A stretch of 64,000 nucleotides of DNA, taken from Trichoplax adhaerens. Lineage: Eukaryota > Animalia > Placozoa. The notes beneath the pieces are model-generated. The model ran no database searches. It worked only from the letters and a program-made list of their open reading frames with translations, and was not told where the DNA came from. The stretch is taken from positions 677,562-741,561 of the forward strand of contig NW_002060946.1 of assembly GCF_000150275.1 (NCBI RefSeq). The letters are read 5' to 3'. Positions 1 through 15,268 of the stretch are shown one piece after another. The translations under genes were made by a program, and so were the position numbers. How positions within the stretch are numbered: position 1 is the stretch's first letter; each line of letters begins with the position of its first letter.

Positions 1-11
1 GCCTTGAAAGC

Positions 12-3000
12 ATGGATTATGTCATGTTAAGAGAATCAGAAGACGGAAATAGCGAAGAAAATAACTGGCCTGATCTCTTGTTAAATGCCAGTATATCATT
101 ACATAATAACTGGGATAAAATCGACCCGGTGGAAAATCCTTTCGTTCCTCTCGATTTACACACCGCCTCTTCTATTGGTCATTATGAACAAGTCCGAAAT
201 TTAACGGATGGCCAACCCTTTGACGTTGTCAATAAACAAAATAAAGGTTCATTTTCCTTCGATTCCATTGATGTGATCTAGTATAGTGTGTATACAATCC
301 AAGTTAATCTAGAAATGAGACGATAGTGTGGAAATAATATCCATGATATAGAAGTTTCAACAACAAAAATAACATGCACAATCATCGGAATAATAATCAC
401 TTTTATTGATGACCAGCGCATACAAAGGCACATGAATTAAGATAACACAGACGATCATCGTCATAATTGTTTACTTTGATCTGATCCACTTTTAATGAGA
501 ATCAATTTCCATTAGTTAGCCAATGAATTTCTAACTAACTCCTTTGCTATCCTTTACTGGATGATATGACACAACCGTACAGATAATAAATAACACGAAC
601 ATGCTGTAGTCATTCTGGTTATAACTTAGAAAAATGCTTAGTTTGCTCTGTTGTCTTATTTTTATAAACTGATTTCTGTCTGTTAATAAATATCTAATTG
701 TAGATCATTGGACACCATTAATGTATGCTTCTTATATGGGCCACGATACCACCCTTGATTTACTTTTTGAAGCTGGAGCTGATCCCAACGTCAAAACTAT
801 TCATGGTATCACCGCATTGATGTTAGCTGCAAGCTGTGGCCATGAATCGATAGTCTACGCACTTTTACAGGTAATTGCATTCATTTTGAATAAAGATTCG
901 CCAAGCTATGTTATACTACTTTCGATATCAACCTGAAATCCTATTCTATCATCATGCAGTAGGTTCATTGATCCCATTTTTATAATTAGGCAATAAGTGA
1001 CTCTGAATTACTAGTTTACGCGTAAATGTATATACATTTAAATGATAGCCCACTTGCTTGAAGTATCACATTTCCCCAACATCAAAGTGTCAATGAATTC
1101 ATAATTAAGTACTATTTCAAACTGAATATAAACTTTAATGATATTTTACTTGTATGATAGATCCTACTTAGGCAACGTCTCCGTTTTGAATAATTTAGAT
1201 TAAAGTACTCGTTCAAATTTGAACCCATTTTAAAACTCTTTTATAAATTTTGTTTCTAATAATATCAAGCTGACAGTAGCAATCCTACAAAATTTCCAAA
1301 ATAGCAAAAATTTTAAATAATTCATATTAAAATACACTAGAACTTCTAATTTAAAATCATATAAATCATATCCTATGCTAGTATAACCTCTCCATTTTTC
1401 CTACAACATGAAGAAATACGTATTTAATTTACGCTATTTTATATTTGTAACAATATTAAAATGTTGCAGTTGTTTTTATAAAAGTATCAAAGTTATAAAT
1501 CAATGAGAGAAAAAATTAATACGTACCCATATTCCATAACAGCACAATCTTTCCCATTGTATTACATCAAAATATTGTATGGTTCATATTAAAATATTGC
1601 ACCTATTCAAGTTTATCTTAGAAAAAGTTACCGATAATTTACTCATTAATATTGATCAAATTTAGGAGGAAAATGATGCGATAATTCAGAATAAATTGTA
1701 TACCTTAGTATATATATATATGGATGAGCTATTTAATACGGTATTTTCCATTAAATCCTTTTCACCGACATTATTAATTTTAATTAAATTAATGAGAGTA
1801 AATATAAGTAGATACTTTATAAATTACAGTGCTTTCGTAGTATTTGTTTTATGCAAATGCCTTCCTGATTTCAAATCTCTATTGGACAGTCAAATTTTAC
1901 ACAATTCTTACTCGTTCATAACTTTGATGACATGAAATAATCTCAAACTAATTTCATTTTTAATTACGTCATTTCAGCAAGGAGCAGCACCTAACGATGC
2001 AGATCAATGTGGAATTACGTCATTGTTTTATTCCTGTCGTCAGGGAAATGCCAGTGTTGTAGCATTGCTGCTTGCCAATGACGCAGATCCAAACATAAAG
2101 TAAACGCCGTCTGACGCAGTATAATCGATGATAGCATTAACTTAAAAATGCCGTACTATTTTCTATATTTCGTCTTGAAATACATTCAAAATTTCTTACG
2201 TTAGTAAAAACTTATCGCTATTTACAGAGACCCAAAAAATGGTATGACACCACTACTGGAAGCCGCAAGAAGTGGGCGCGAAGTTATTATTAGCACATTA
2301 CTGAAAAATGTAATGCTAGTACCCTCCAAAATATCACTAACTTATTAGAACCACATATACGATAGCTAACTGCAGGTTACTGCATGATTATATAGGGTGC
2401 AGATCCTCATATCCGAAATAAGGAAGGAAGTACAGCGCGTTCCTTAGCTGTACGCTCTGGTAATACTGTTGCAGTTAAAATGTTTGACAACCTCTTACCT
2501 CAACGCGATGACTCTAAACTAACATCGAGTGATCCAGGTCTGAATCAAGGATAACCCGATATGGAAATAGATATCTATCATTTCATTTCAGATATAATGT
2601 GACGTATTATAATGCTGCGCATTCATTTCCATGATTTTTACTCATAAGGTGTGGTCAGATCGAGATCATCTGATCAGATTGAAGAAATTAGCAAAGAAAA
2701 TGCTAATCTAAATACGCCGCAAGATTATGGCATTAGAAAAGGACCAGAAGAATTTAATCGCCTGGTTAGGCAAAAATCTAATGAAAAGCAATTACCTACT
2801 GCTGGTAATGAGATAGCCGATCTAGAAGGTAATTTTTCCAAGTTGACTCTAGGATTCGGAAAGTAAGAGATTGTATACTATTAGACATCTAAATACTTTC
2901 TTATATTCTATCTCTACAGCTCGTAAAACCGTTAAATTTCAAGAAGATATTGATGTAGCTCTAATACAATCATCAGATAAAGATGTGACTCCTACCAAAA

Positions 3001-5394
3001 TGAATCCCCTACCCACTGAACGAGGTATACATGATTTATTTCTCATTATGCCATTTAAAAAATTATCATAGCAATCGTACTAAATGACTACATTACGAAC
3101 TAAAAGAATTTATAACTAATCTTGTAATGAAACACTTTTCATCCATAAAATGATTTATATATAATACTAGCCGTTTCATCCAAGAAAGAAGTAGAAATCT
3201 TATCAAATAGTTCAGAAAGCGATTCTGATATTGGATTCTTTCGAGGTGGCATGGAAACAGTAAAATATGATGGTCCGTTAAGTCCAAGTTCAAGTAGTAC
3301 TAATCTACTACTTAAGCGCAGCGATTCTATTCCAGAAAAACAGGAGAATAAGCAGCAAAATACCGTAAGTAGACAAAACTCAGCAAGTTCTCGCGCAGTA
3401 AGTGATCATGATGAGGGAGTCGTTCAGTTCTTGGAACAACTCAAGCTATCGAAATATTTATCGACTTTTGAAGAACAAGAGATCGATATGGAAACGCTAT
3501 TGACGCTTAGTGAAGCAGATCTTATATCGATAGGAATCAAGTAATTGCTCAATTTCTTTACAAAAAACATTCACTACTGTTGCCGTAAACATTATAAACA
3601 TTTATACTTAATGTCATCAAACTGGATACCATCATAACGGCATTCCATTTGCATCTATAGATTATTAGGTCCTAGAAGAAAAATTTCTATGGCAATATCG
3701 CGTCACTCGTCAAAGAGATCGTCTAAAGTTAGTATCTCTGTATCACTATACAAGTTAGATAAGACTATAATACATCCATCGTTTTTCATTAATTTAATAT
3801 TAGTTATTTTAGAGCATTAGAGTATTGCTCTACAACTTTTAGCTATGTAGCTATTTAAATCTGGATATTGGAAGTCCTCTAAATTTAATTCCTCTCAATA
3901 AGTAGAATACTGGAACTTCATAACTACAGTTTAAATAACTTCATTAAAATATGAAATTGTACTATAAAAATGACTTCAGATGTATAATTTCGAGACGAGG
4001 AATCATACATGGAAGTCTCTCTTTCCCTAATGATTTTTTAAGTGTAGAATGTAATATATTTCATAAAATTACAATATTGCCTTTTTGTATAATATTATTG
4101 CTGCTTCCTCAACTAAAAGCTTTTGAAATATACTGATTAGGATTCGGGAATAAATCAAAATATAGAAAAAGAGAAAAGTGATTTAGAATCACGATTACAA
4201 CAGGTAAATTTATTTAATTCATTAGACAACATTTCTAATAGCATTCAACCAATGATTTAAAAATAACCCTGTTCACTCATCTATGCACCGATTTGGTGAT
4301 AAATACCGTATGAAATTTTTATCTCATTTTTTGATGTTGTAAGAAATCAGTAAATCTAAATAGATTTCTATTCCACACATTCAACTTTAATTTGATGCAG
4401 TACTCATGCCATGCTGTATCACTCTTACTATTGTAGAAAGCTAATTTATTAGATTCATGTTATGAGTGAAATAGTAAAATTCTTCTGCCTGATTTACGAA
4501 TCTTCTCATTTAATCCGATACAGCATACCGTCACATGGTCTATTATAGTAAATAGTCATAATTGTATAGTAGTGTAGTATACCGATTTGAATAGATATAA
4601 TTTATGTAACTTCCAAGCTTTTTCCGTCTTAGTAAAGCTACCAGTAAATTCATACTATCCTGGAGAATGAACATAACTCCTACTATTTTACTCATTCTAT
4701 ATTTCAATGTGATACATTTGTAGGCTTTAGACAAGATTAAATATATATCAAATCAACTACAGCAAAGCAATAAAACAAATGAACAATTACGCAAACATCT
4801 CAATGAAGAAAATTTGCGTAGTCAACAAGTCGTCAGAAATGTTAAAAAAATCAATGAAGCCACTGTGAAAGCTTTAAAACGTCTTACAGCAGCAAGGTTG
4901 TTGTTATCTCCCTACCCTATTTTACGTAGATTTTAGTTTAAGGAACTCCCATTTGGTATTAGAATAATTTTTTTTATTATAGGCAAACCAATGATATCAT
5001 GCAAAAAAGTTTCCGTCAATTGGAATTGCGCTATCGCGGTATGCGAATATAATATTTCTACTTTTAATTTAACGATAGCAAATTATTAATGATTCTTACC
5101 ATGAAAAATCAATTAATTTTTATTATCCTTCAGAAAATTAATTCAAAAATATATACCACTTACTTTGCAGAAATGACAAGGGCATTAGAAGCCAAGAAAA
5201 TCAACTCAGAACCTGATGAATCGTCATCAAGTCCTTTATCTAGTAATAGTGAAACTAGTGAAACCATTAATAACACTACCGACAAATTACTTCCAGCCTT
5301 AAGTAATGTTAATAGTCAATTAGTCGAAGAACTCAATTCAGTTAATAACATGATAGAAATTGCTATAAGCAATCTTAATAAAATATCTCTTTGA
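12..5394 (+). CDS. ANKS3: Ankyrin repeat and SAM domain protein 3 homologue (multi-exon)
   Basis: Exon 12-246 (VPLDLHTASSIG) splices in phase 1 to 704-870 (DHWTPLMYASYMGHD...TALMLAASCG). Further ankyrin exons lie at ~1978-2099, ~2228-2309 and ~2396-2537. A SAM domain (FLEQLKLSKYLSTFEEQEIDMETLLTLSEADLISIGIK / LLGPRRKI) is at ~3420-3700, followed by coiled-coil C-terminal exons ending at 5394. Confidence 0.85.
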
Positions 5395-6391
5395 ATTAAG
5401 TCAGGCTCATACTGTATAGACTAATAAATTACCTTCAAGACGATATAATACTGTATTTAATCTATCAATACTAACTTTCGTTTGTCGTTACTGACTGTTT
5501 ACGTAATGAATATATATATTGCAGTTTACTACTAGCGTACAGTAAATTTCACTATAGCTCATGGACTACATATCATTTTTTGTCAAATCAAAAGTAATCC
5601 CTTAGCCTATTTTTATCTCTGCGTTATTTTTACTATACTAATGATTATTAATTGAGCTTCATATCAGTTATAATTTTTATTGATCACAAGTTAATTTTTC
5701 CTACATTTAAAAATGTAATATCAAGAGTTAATAACTAGATAGACTGTACGCTTTTACTTACTATCAATTTTTTAATTATCGTTTGTGAATTTTAGTTTAT
5801 ATTCCATTTTAGTAAGTATTTACAATATTAAACCTCGATTACACTATGATGCAAAGACATAGAATAATAGATAATGAAATTATCTCAAACAACTTCTCTT
5901 GGATTAACTAATCTTATTACCTTACCTCTTCTAGGTAGATCATTATTATTTTATTTTTCCTATGTATTTCTGATGAATTCGTTTCTTTTACAAATACATA
6001 CAAGTAATTAAGTCTGCGTAATTGACGATCTAAGCTACAATTATCATGAAGCTTGAATAAAATAATAATATCGTACTTAGGTACATTTTCTATATTATTA
6101 TTAGGATCGTGAATGTTTAAGCTAGATTCCAAGTTTATTAGATGAAAATTTACCGATATTTACAACTATTTAGTATGCTCTATATTTATGGGTTAATATA
6201 ACGATGAAGCCTTATTCACGTTAGCAGTGCAAAATTGTATAGTGCTAGCTTCAAAAACCCTCCAATTTTGATCAGCTGAGGTGCGAGATTCGCATTACTA
6301 ACATTCCTTTTAATGAAGTTTCATTCTACATCAGTGTACTTAATTATGAATTACGCTCCACCAAACCAATACTTCAAGATTAAAAACAATA

Positions 6392-9300
6392 TTATTTCAT
6401 CATAGATGCTCCATTTTTAGTTTCGCAGCCTAAATATTTATTAATCATTTTTATTTGATGACACTATTTGCAAGCTATAAATAAATCCGATGCTATGAGA
6501 TTTCTTAAGCTATATTTTCGTTATTGAACAGTTTTACTTATGCAAGACTGTTTATAATTTAAACACAAATTACAATTGATAGTATGATTTTAATTATATT
6601 GAGATATATTTAAAATATCTTGCTTATTCAGACCAAAAAGGAAAAATACACATGACTTATTCATAGCAATGTTTGTTCTATATTTTGTATAGATGTAACT
6701 AAGGCTGCATAGTAAATAATTTTTAAATACTTCATAATGTAGTACTATAATATCTTGAAATCTTACAAGTCTGCTATTTTCAAAGATCAAAAGCTATTCT
6801 ATCTACTATGGCATATAAAGCATTTATAAGTAAATTATAGCTATTTCATGAAGGAATTTAATGACCTGTGGCCACAGTTGTCAATGCATTTTCGTCTTGC
6901 TGATTAAAACAATCACCGCAGGCGTTATAATATCCAAAAACACTTATAGCGCCTACTATGATACTGATTAAGATCTATTTGGATATAAGATTGTATTAAT
7001 ATGATTGGATTTACATACGTATCGTACTTACTTTTATATCCTACGCTCCAGCTATCGATACAAATAATAATATATAAAATCGATCTAAATAATAATACTT
7101 ACCGAAAATATAATGTAATGTTCAAAGAACTGTTTCTTGATCATAACTTTTGCGTAAGCAAAGGCACAAGGTATATGAGCTTCTCGTTTTTGACTTTTAA
7201 AGCATCTAAATGTATCATATATCATTAATTAATATCATTAATTGTAAATTTAGGGCTATAACGGAAAATTTAGGAACCGGTTTAATCAGACTTGATTAAG
7301 ATGATAGCTATCTGTTGCAAAATAGTGATAAAATCTCGGCCAGTCAAAAAATAAGCTGATATTCCTCTAGTCACCTTTCGTAAAAATAAGCCGCAGCAGT
7401 TAAATTGCCATTAGTTAAGGTTAAATTACGAGCACCAAAAGTGAAAACGGTGTCATTATCTAATTGGCCACTCTCAATTAACCAACCAAGGTTAAAATAG
7501 CCCTAAAAAATTAAATTTCAGTAATTGTAGATTGCTGTTGGAGGATAAATCAACAACAAAAAGAATAAGTATCTCTAATTATCTGTATACAAATACATGT
7601 ACAAGTCTAGTTCAGCCTGTAAAGTATGCTTATCTTTCTTTTATTTGCTGTATTTACTCCAAAAGAAAACGAATCTGCATTTATCTGAATATTTCTACCA
7701 AAATTTTGACCTATAGCAAATTTTAAATGTACTTGACAAGTAAAGCACTATACGGTATTTACTGAATCGTTCGTCGTTGTATTTCGGGTTAACGAGAGAG
7801 AATGATTGTCATACAGTATATATCTGTTCCTCCATGCTAAATGTAATCATAATATCTTATATACATAAGAAATTCATTCCTATTTAACACTATTCAAATG
7901 GATGCTTCTATTGCGTATATACCAAATATCTAGTCCTTTTCTTACAACTCTAATAGCTATTACAATAATTCCGATTCAGAACAATCTCATTACTAATCAA
8001 GATAGAATCACAATACTCAGCAAGGATTAGATTTCTCTGTAAATTTCTGATTTATAACCTTGAGGGAGCTAATAAATCGCTGATAAGGCATGATAGTAGG
8101 AAGAAACAGAAGCTCATTGTCCCTAACCGGTAAGGCTAAGGATGTTTAATTAAATTACCTGAGGTTCATTCTTTTCAGCTGCTTCGATATATAATTGTGT
8201 AGCTCGCTTACTATCTCGTTTCCCTTGCAATCCATACCAATAAGCATCTGCGATCTTGACTTTAGCTGTTAGACAATCAATTTAACATTAATTTATGTTG
8301 AAAGCACGTAATTAACGTTTGCCAAATACATTCAACATTCGATTAATCAATACTAGAATTAATCAGTGAGTTAATCTATTCTAGTATCTGAAATTTTATG
8401 TCCGTAGAATCTAGAATTGATGTATCCTTCAAGGATAGTATAACGTATGAAAGATATATAATATATATGCATATTATATTTACATACTACAATATGTAAG
8501 TCATATATAATGCAATAAATATAATTTTAAGCATATATGTAGGCATACTTCTTACCATTTTCTATAATTACCTGGTGCATGACCTTGTACAGCAGAGAGA
8601 TTATACTGACGCCATACGCTATTATCGCAATCTGGTAATTCATTCTAGTCATATTTGGTGTTAAGAGAAAAGGATTTTACTGCAATCTATAGTTTGATGT
8701 CACGATTATTGTGATCTTATCGGAATGCAAAATTTATATAACTCACGTAGAAATTTTCACATATGAAAGCAGCGTTAAATTGTGCGAATTCAATTCCAGC
8801 TTCAGCAACCATCAGATAGAAAAGAAATGCATGTCGTCTATAGTTTGGTGTTTTATGCAACATTTTTGATCAATTTATAGCTTCATACATTCTAATATAA
8901 AATATTTTATGCAGTATTATCCAATTCAACAATTGAAATTTACTCATAAATAATACGTCTGATACCTATGAGATGCAAGAAAAGCATCTAAGCCTTTTCT
9001 TAACGTTTTGGCTAACATTGGACTTTTTTTAGCAACTCCATCAACATAGCTGCATTTGAATAAATATTAAGTTAAAGAAACTTTAACAGTGCTTTCAGAA
9101 TGTGCTACAATTATCACAGAGTAAATTTAAATATCTGCTTTGGATTATCAAAAATGGAAGAAGAGAATTAATGTAACTCTACTGTATAGGACAAAAATTT
9201 TTACCCAATAGCTTGCGGACATGATCGTTTAATAAATTTATTGTGTCCCATAAAGGCTTGAGCAACTTCCATACTACCGTCCATACTACCAAGATTAGCT

Positions 9301-12300
9301 GCTTTAACAAAGTATTTTAAAGCCATTTCCTATATTATTGAAATAATTAATGGTTAAAAATTATTGATATTCCATAGATAAGTCTATTATATAATTCTAT
9401 CACAAATTATTGGATAAATAATTAAAATACATTAAACTAACTTCGTCTCTCGTTCCGTTATTTAACTGGCCTTGAGCGTACATATAGCCCAAGTTATAAG
9501 CAGCTTCAGGATGATTTAATTGCGCGGCTTTTTGATAGTAGTGTGCGGCTGCAAGTTTGTTATCATCGACATTAGCCGCAATCCAACCTAAGGCAAAGTA
9601 TGCGTTAACGTTGCCCTATGCAAAATCAAAAGGAACGTTAGGCAGACGTCAAGACACTACGGTATATATGTGTATATAAACTAAATAATCCATAAAGATA
9701 CTGGTAGCAATTATGATTAAAATCTATAGCATCAATACTATGCCAGCTGTTCAATGTAGATTGTAATAGTCTAATCGCAAACTTTATTCATACGCATAAA
9801 TATTTTAAGCGTTTATATTATCCCTACCATCTTCGCTGCTTTTTCTAAATAAGTTACTGCTTTAGGTACATCTTTCGGAACACCCTGGCCCTATGAAAAT
9901 GATAATTCAGTTATTTAGTAGAAGTAATTTCTCAACCTGAAGAACTACCGTAATATGTTGTTTCTATAAGGTTAGTGGATGATATGGCAGTTAATGATAG
10001 CATAGTGGTATCTGCATGATTCTAATGGGATAACGGAATAAATTATCTACGCTTCATTACTTTAAAGACATTTACCTACCCTCAAATGAACAATTCCTAA
10101 ATTATAAATTGAATCCGGATCCTCATTTTTAGCTCCCATGCTGTAATACTTAGCAGCTGCTCTAAGATCCCTTTTAACACCTCGATTTCCCCAAAATAGT
10201 AATCCTGCCATTTGCGCCTATTTATTGCGATGCATAATTGAAATGATTTAGTAGTCTAAAACCGTTTTTAGTATTCAGTCTGGTATATTAGATAGCTTGA
10301 TACTATAGATATTAATAAATACAACATTCAGATCATTTTATTCATGTAAATCTATACCTGCGCTGACGTGAAACCCTTTTCCGCTTGGTATTTTACAAAT
10401 TGTACGTAACCGTCATTAAGCCCCTGCTGTCCTTCTAGATGTTCTGATATCGATAAACGGATTTCCTCAAGATCAACCTACGATATACATACACGTAAGT
10501 TTAGATAAAATGGGTTTGTAAAATCTAATTACTTGACTACATTTTATTTAAGCAAGTTAGTGTTTATGCATGTTGTCGTAGACTAATATCCAATTACATC
10601 GCCAAAGCGGTGAGCTTCAAGGTCTTCTCTTGTCCTAATTGCAGCTAATTTCAAATAAGCTACGTAAAGAAAGAACTTACATCAACTCCGGATGACCTAT
10701 GCAGGAAATTTTAACCTCACACAGCAAGTTTTACTTCATTTAAGAGCTTAAAACTAATATCGATATGATAAATTTTGAAGTTAAATCCTAGTAATCTTAC
10801 CATAAGCTATATCACAAATTATAGGATAGCGGTCGATACCGTGAGCTTGACGAANATAAGTAAATTTAGGCCAAATAAGGCTTAGGGTCAGTTACTGCGG
10901 GATAAATTGAGTCCTAGCAACTTTGAGTATACTGCTATACCTTGTCAATATCTACGGGTGTTCCAATACCATTAGTATATAATGTTCCTTGAAAGTAATA
11001 TGCATCGGAGCTGCCAGCACATCCAGCGTAATCCAATATTTTAAATGCACGTTGATTATCTTTTTTAGTCCGTTCTTGACCTCCCTATAAACATTGTATC
11101 AGACTATAACTACCTATATTTCATTAGCTATATGTTATTTTAACATATCTATTCATATTATATTGTATGATTGGAAACAATAATTCATTATGAATAATAG
11201 CTATCTATATATAAAAGTCATCTGACCATAATCGCGAATGCTTGGTAATACAGCTCATCTCCTATGGAGGACATATCTAAATCGGTAGGATAGAGTCCCG
11301 GAGATCCATTTTTATAATTATTTTTAATTGTTGTATTGACTGCACTGATGACTTCTGGTATGACTATCTCATTTACTGGAGCTAAGCATATCTGATATCG
11401 TTCAATATTCTTCCTTAATATTCTCCACATAGCTGAAGGACATGATCCTATTATTTCAATCAAAAATCTATTAGTTGCTTACATGATCGTATTTCGAGAC
11501 TGAAGTATAAATACGCGTATGCGATAATTACGTCAGTAATCAAACCTAAGATTTCTAAAATACTTTATGAACTAAATACATTATACATGTATAATATATT
11601 TTAATTAAATAACTTCAAAGTAAGCAATGAACCCTTAAATATTATGATAATTATTAATAAATAAAAGATGATAAAATCTACAGCGTATAGTTTACCGTAT
11701 CTATCTGCCTATTTATCAAAGTTGTATCCCAATAATTACTACACGCGTACAAATATGCAATATGATTGTTGCATAATTATTCTTTCAATTATACCAAAGT
11801 CAGTATAAAATTTTAATTATCACCACAAGCAATAATCAAAATTTGATGTAGTTATAATTTTCAATGTTACTGTAGTAATATTAAATTATTTCTGAGAATT
11901 AAATTTATCTCATGAAGTGATGATAGAAGGATTAAACAATATGAGCACTTGCCGTAATTTCGCCTTCCTTTTGGATTGGCTGCCAAGTAATATTTAATAT
12001 GTGTTCGCCTAATATCCCTTCTATACTGTAAGCAAATCTTTTTTTGCTGATTGAAGTCTAGTGATTAATCATTAGCGGTAGGTAAATAGAATGTAATTAT
12101 AGTGTTAACTAACGATTTAGTTCAAGTCTGTAACTATCGTACAGCTATCACATTTTACCTTTTACTAGCTCTGGTGGTTCCTTATGATCTGAAGGTAGCT
12201 ATACGTATTGATTGCCGTTGGAAAAAAATATATGTTAAATCTCATCTAATAAACTTATAAGTTAGGATCATTACTAATCTCTCATTACCAAATCATAATG

Positions 12301-15268
12301 GATGCAATGTCTGCGGAATAGAGTTACTTTACTAAGATATCCTGTAAATGACGGAAAATTTTGATTTCCACCTAATGTCCACTGTCGTTCGTTATGATTA
12401 TAGCGTACTCTTCCAGGCAGTCTAAATTATCAAAGAATAGAATAATCTAATTTTCAATCAATTTCAATTTTACATAAAATTGTCAAATTAATCGTTGTGA
12501 TAGCTTTAATCCACTGTATTGATTATAGTAACAAAGAGAATCTTAATTTTTCACGCTCTTTATCAAAACTGAAATCTATAACTAATTTCAGACCCAAAGA
12601 TGGCCTTAATACGAACACTTCAAATCGGCTGACTAATGTTTCATCGTCGCTTGACATATAAATGGTGGCCTATTGAAATGATCAAAACCGGTAAATATGC
12701 TATTAATTTATATTGTATATGTTATCCTCTCATATATATAAATTAATCAATTTATAAACAGTTCAGTTTACATAGAGAGGCTTCATAAAGTCGATGTTTT
12801 TAAAATTACCGTGTTAGAGCAAATGGTAAGGAGGATATGAACCCATGATTTGACTGGTATTTTCCATCCGGTAAGAAATGCATAAGGTTTGCCTGATGAT
12901 AATTCAACTTGCACATGCAAATTACCTATATCAAGGAATGATATTCAAGATTACTATATATATATCAGATTTTGGAACAAATTAAAGCTGGACAAAGTAA
13001 GGTAATTTATATTAAAATGAACCTATAAGAATTTGATGTGTTTCTAAATTATATTATATTGTCCTGTATCCCACAACAGATAATTAAATACTATATCAGA
13101 GAATAAACCTTTCAAATTGTGGCCAGTAAAATCAAATTACCTGCTTTAATTTCGTAAAGATGAGGCGTAAGAAATCTCTCTTGTTGGCGAAATATGATAC
13201 TGCAGAAGTTATAGGGACATCTTCTAGCGATGTAAACCCACAAGGAAACGGTAACACTATAGAAAATAACGACACGTTTCGTTATAGGAAAATGATCATT
13301 TAACAAGTAACAAATAACATGCAGTACAAGCATAACAATTAAATACTACTTAATCTTTATGATTTCGTACCTTGGCGGCATAAAAATATTATCCAACCGT
13401 ATTGATGGATCGTAATATTTATCTAAATAACTATCGAGACGAATAAAATTTATCGATAAATCGCTCATAGTCATTCGGTAGTATTTTCTAATAAATTTAT
13501 GAATATTGATCATTTTACTGTATAATTAATGCTGTATCAAATAGGTGAATATTACTTGAGTTATAATTGTTACAGTTAATAAATTATACTACTGTCGAAT
13601 CGTCGAGATTAGATAAGGATATTTAGAGCAGGCGCTCCGAATATTTAAAGCAGCCACTAATAAAAGGTAGGTTAAAGGTGACGTTTTATTAAATAATACC
13701 ATACGCCATCGGAAATTGATATTTTGGGGGATACTTATATATGTAAGACTCTTATGGCTATAAATGGATTGAATTATAATATTTTGTATTTCTTAAGTTA
13801 TTGTGTAATAATCAAGACCGAAAGAAAAATCTAAAACTACAATATTTTACATTTGGATTCAGGAGTTCTTCAATAAATTAATGAAATAAGTTTTTATGTT
13901 TTCGTTATAGCCATATGTTGATTAACTTATAATTATGTTTCTCTAATTGCTTTTTAATTAATAAATCTGTCGATGTAATCTAAAAGTGCAATCTGTTATT
14001 GAGTATTGATGTTTTGGGTGGAGATTAATTAATGTAGAACTATTGTGCTTGATTTATTACTAATAGTACGCAGATGCTAAGTCTGGATAAGGATATTAAG
14101 AAATGATTAACTCAAGATTTATGGTTATCTAAACTGAATAGTACAAGGCTAAAATAAATATTTCTAGTGATTAAAGTTAATGTCAATCTACAAGATCGTT
14201 TCTAACTATATTCAATATGCCGTAGAAATTGTAACTATTCTTTTAACCCCTGAGTGCGCAACTACCATATAACATTAACGAGCAAGCTGGGTCTAATAGA
14301 CCCGACAGTTAAGAATTACATCAATTTAATCATATTTATCAAAAATTATAAAGCTATTTATCCTAAAGCACTTCTAGGTATACGAATACATCAAACTGCT
14401 TTTATCAAGATTTCTTGAAAGAACAGTGTTAACCTCGTGATTCCATTCTGTTCTCCAGAAAAGGTTATTGGTGTCTCTACCAAAGTTACAACTTCTGCAG
14501 TAATTAAAAAGACAAAAGAGCAACAAAAATCTTTTTCAAAAATATGAAAATTAAGTCGAATAAATATCAAAATGATTCTTCAAGTTTATGTGTGAAATAT
14601 GCGTAAGAAAGCAGAAAATTTCAACTGAATTTTAAATTTAAATACTTTTATATTCTTGATTTGAAGCTAACAATAACTAGATTAAATATCGGCTACTAAC
14701 CGCTCTCAATCTTGCAAGTTTTATCCCTATATTGCTCAAATTCGTTTTCACAAAATGAGACAGAATGACCCCAAATGTTCAAAGGATAGATACCATTAAT
14801 GCTAGCTAAATGAACCGACGAAATACCATCTTCTTCCCACTTTTTTGGCTCAATTAAGGCTGCATAGAGATTAATTTGATGAGCGAAAGCGTCTAATTGG
14901 ACAATGGATTGGCCAACTCTTAACAACGCAGGCAATAAGACTTCAAAGTATATTACACCTTCTCCAGCAACGGGTATAGATTGATTATTCTGACTCACTT
15001 CCCAATGATATTGACGTATGTCAGTCGCTAATATGCGTATTGCCAACATTTTAGGATTTTTGCATTTGTACTTGATAGGTAGTATAATAATTTCCGATGG
15101 TACCAAAGATTTTTTAGGTTGAACAAAATCGACATATTCAGCTGGTACAATCTTCCGCCGCCTACTATCACTTCTGTGAGATAATCTGGATAATTGGGCA
15201 CGGCTAGTAAAATTAGGCCAAACGATGACGATATAAACGAAAATTACCCAGCTTATAGTCGCCTTCAT
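6392..15268 (-). CDS. SEL1L3: SEL1L3-like type I membrane protein (signal peptide, Sel1 repeats, C-terminal TM helix); multi-exon
   Basis: Signal-peptide exon 15268-~14700 (MKATISWVIFVYIVIV). Sel1-repeat exons include LFWGNRGVKRDLRAAAKYY, LGIVHL, KIADAYWYGLQG and GYFNLGWLIESG. The late exon CFKSQKREAHIPCAFAY resembles the SEL1L3 C-terminal region, followed by the TM exon ILISIIVGAISVFGYY. The last exon and stop at 6392 are tentative, and the exon near the N at 10855 does not read cleanly. Confidence 0.75.
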
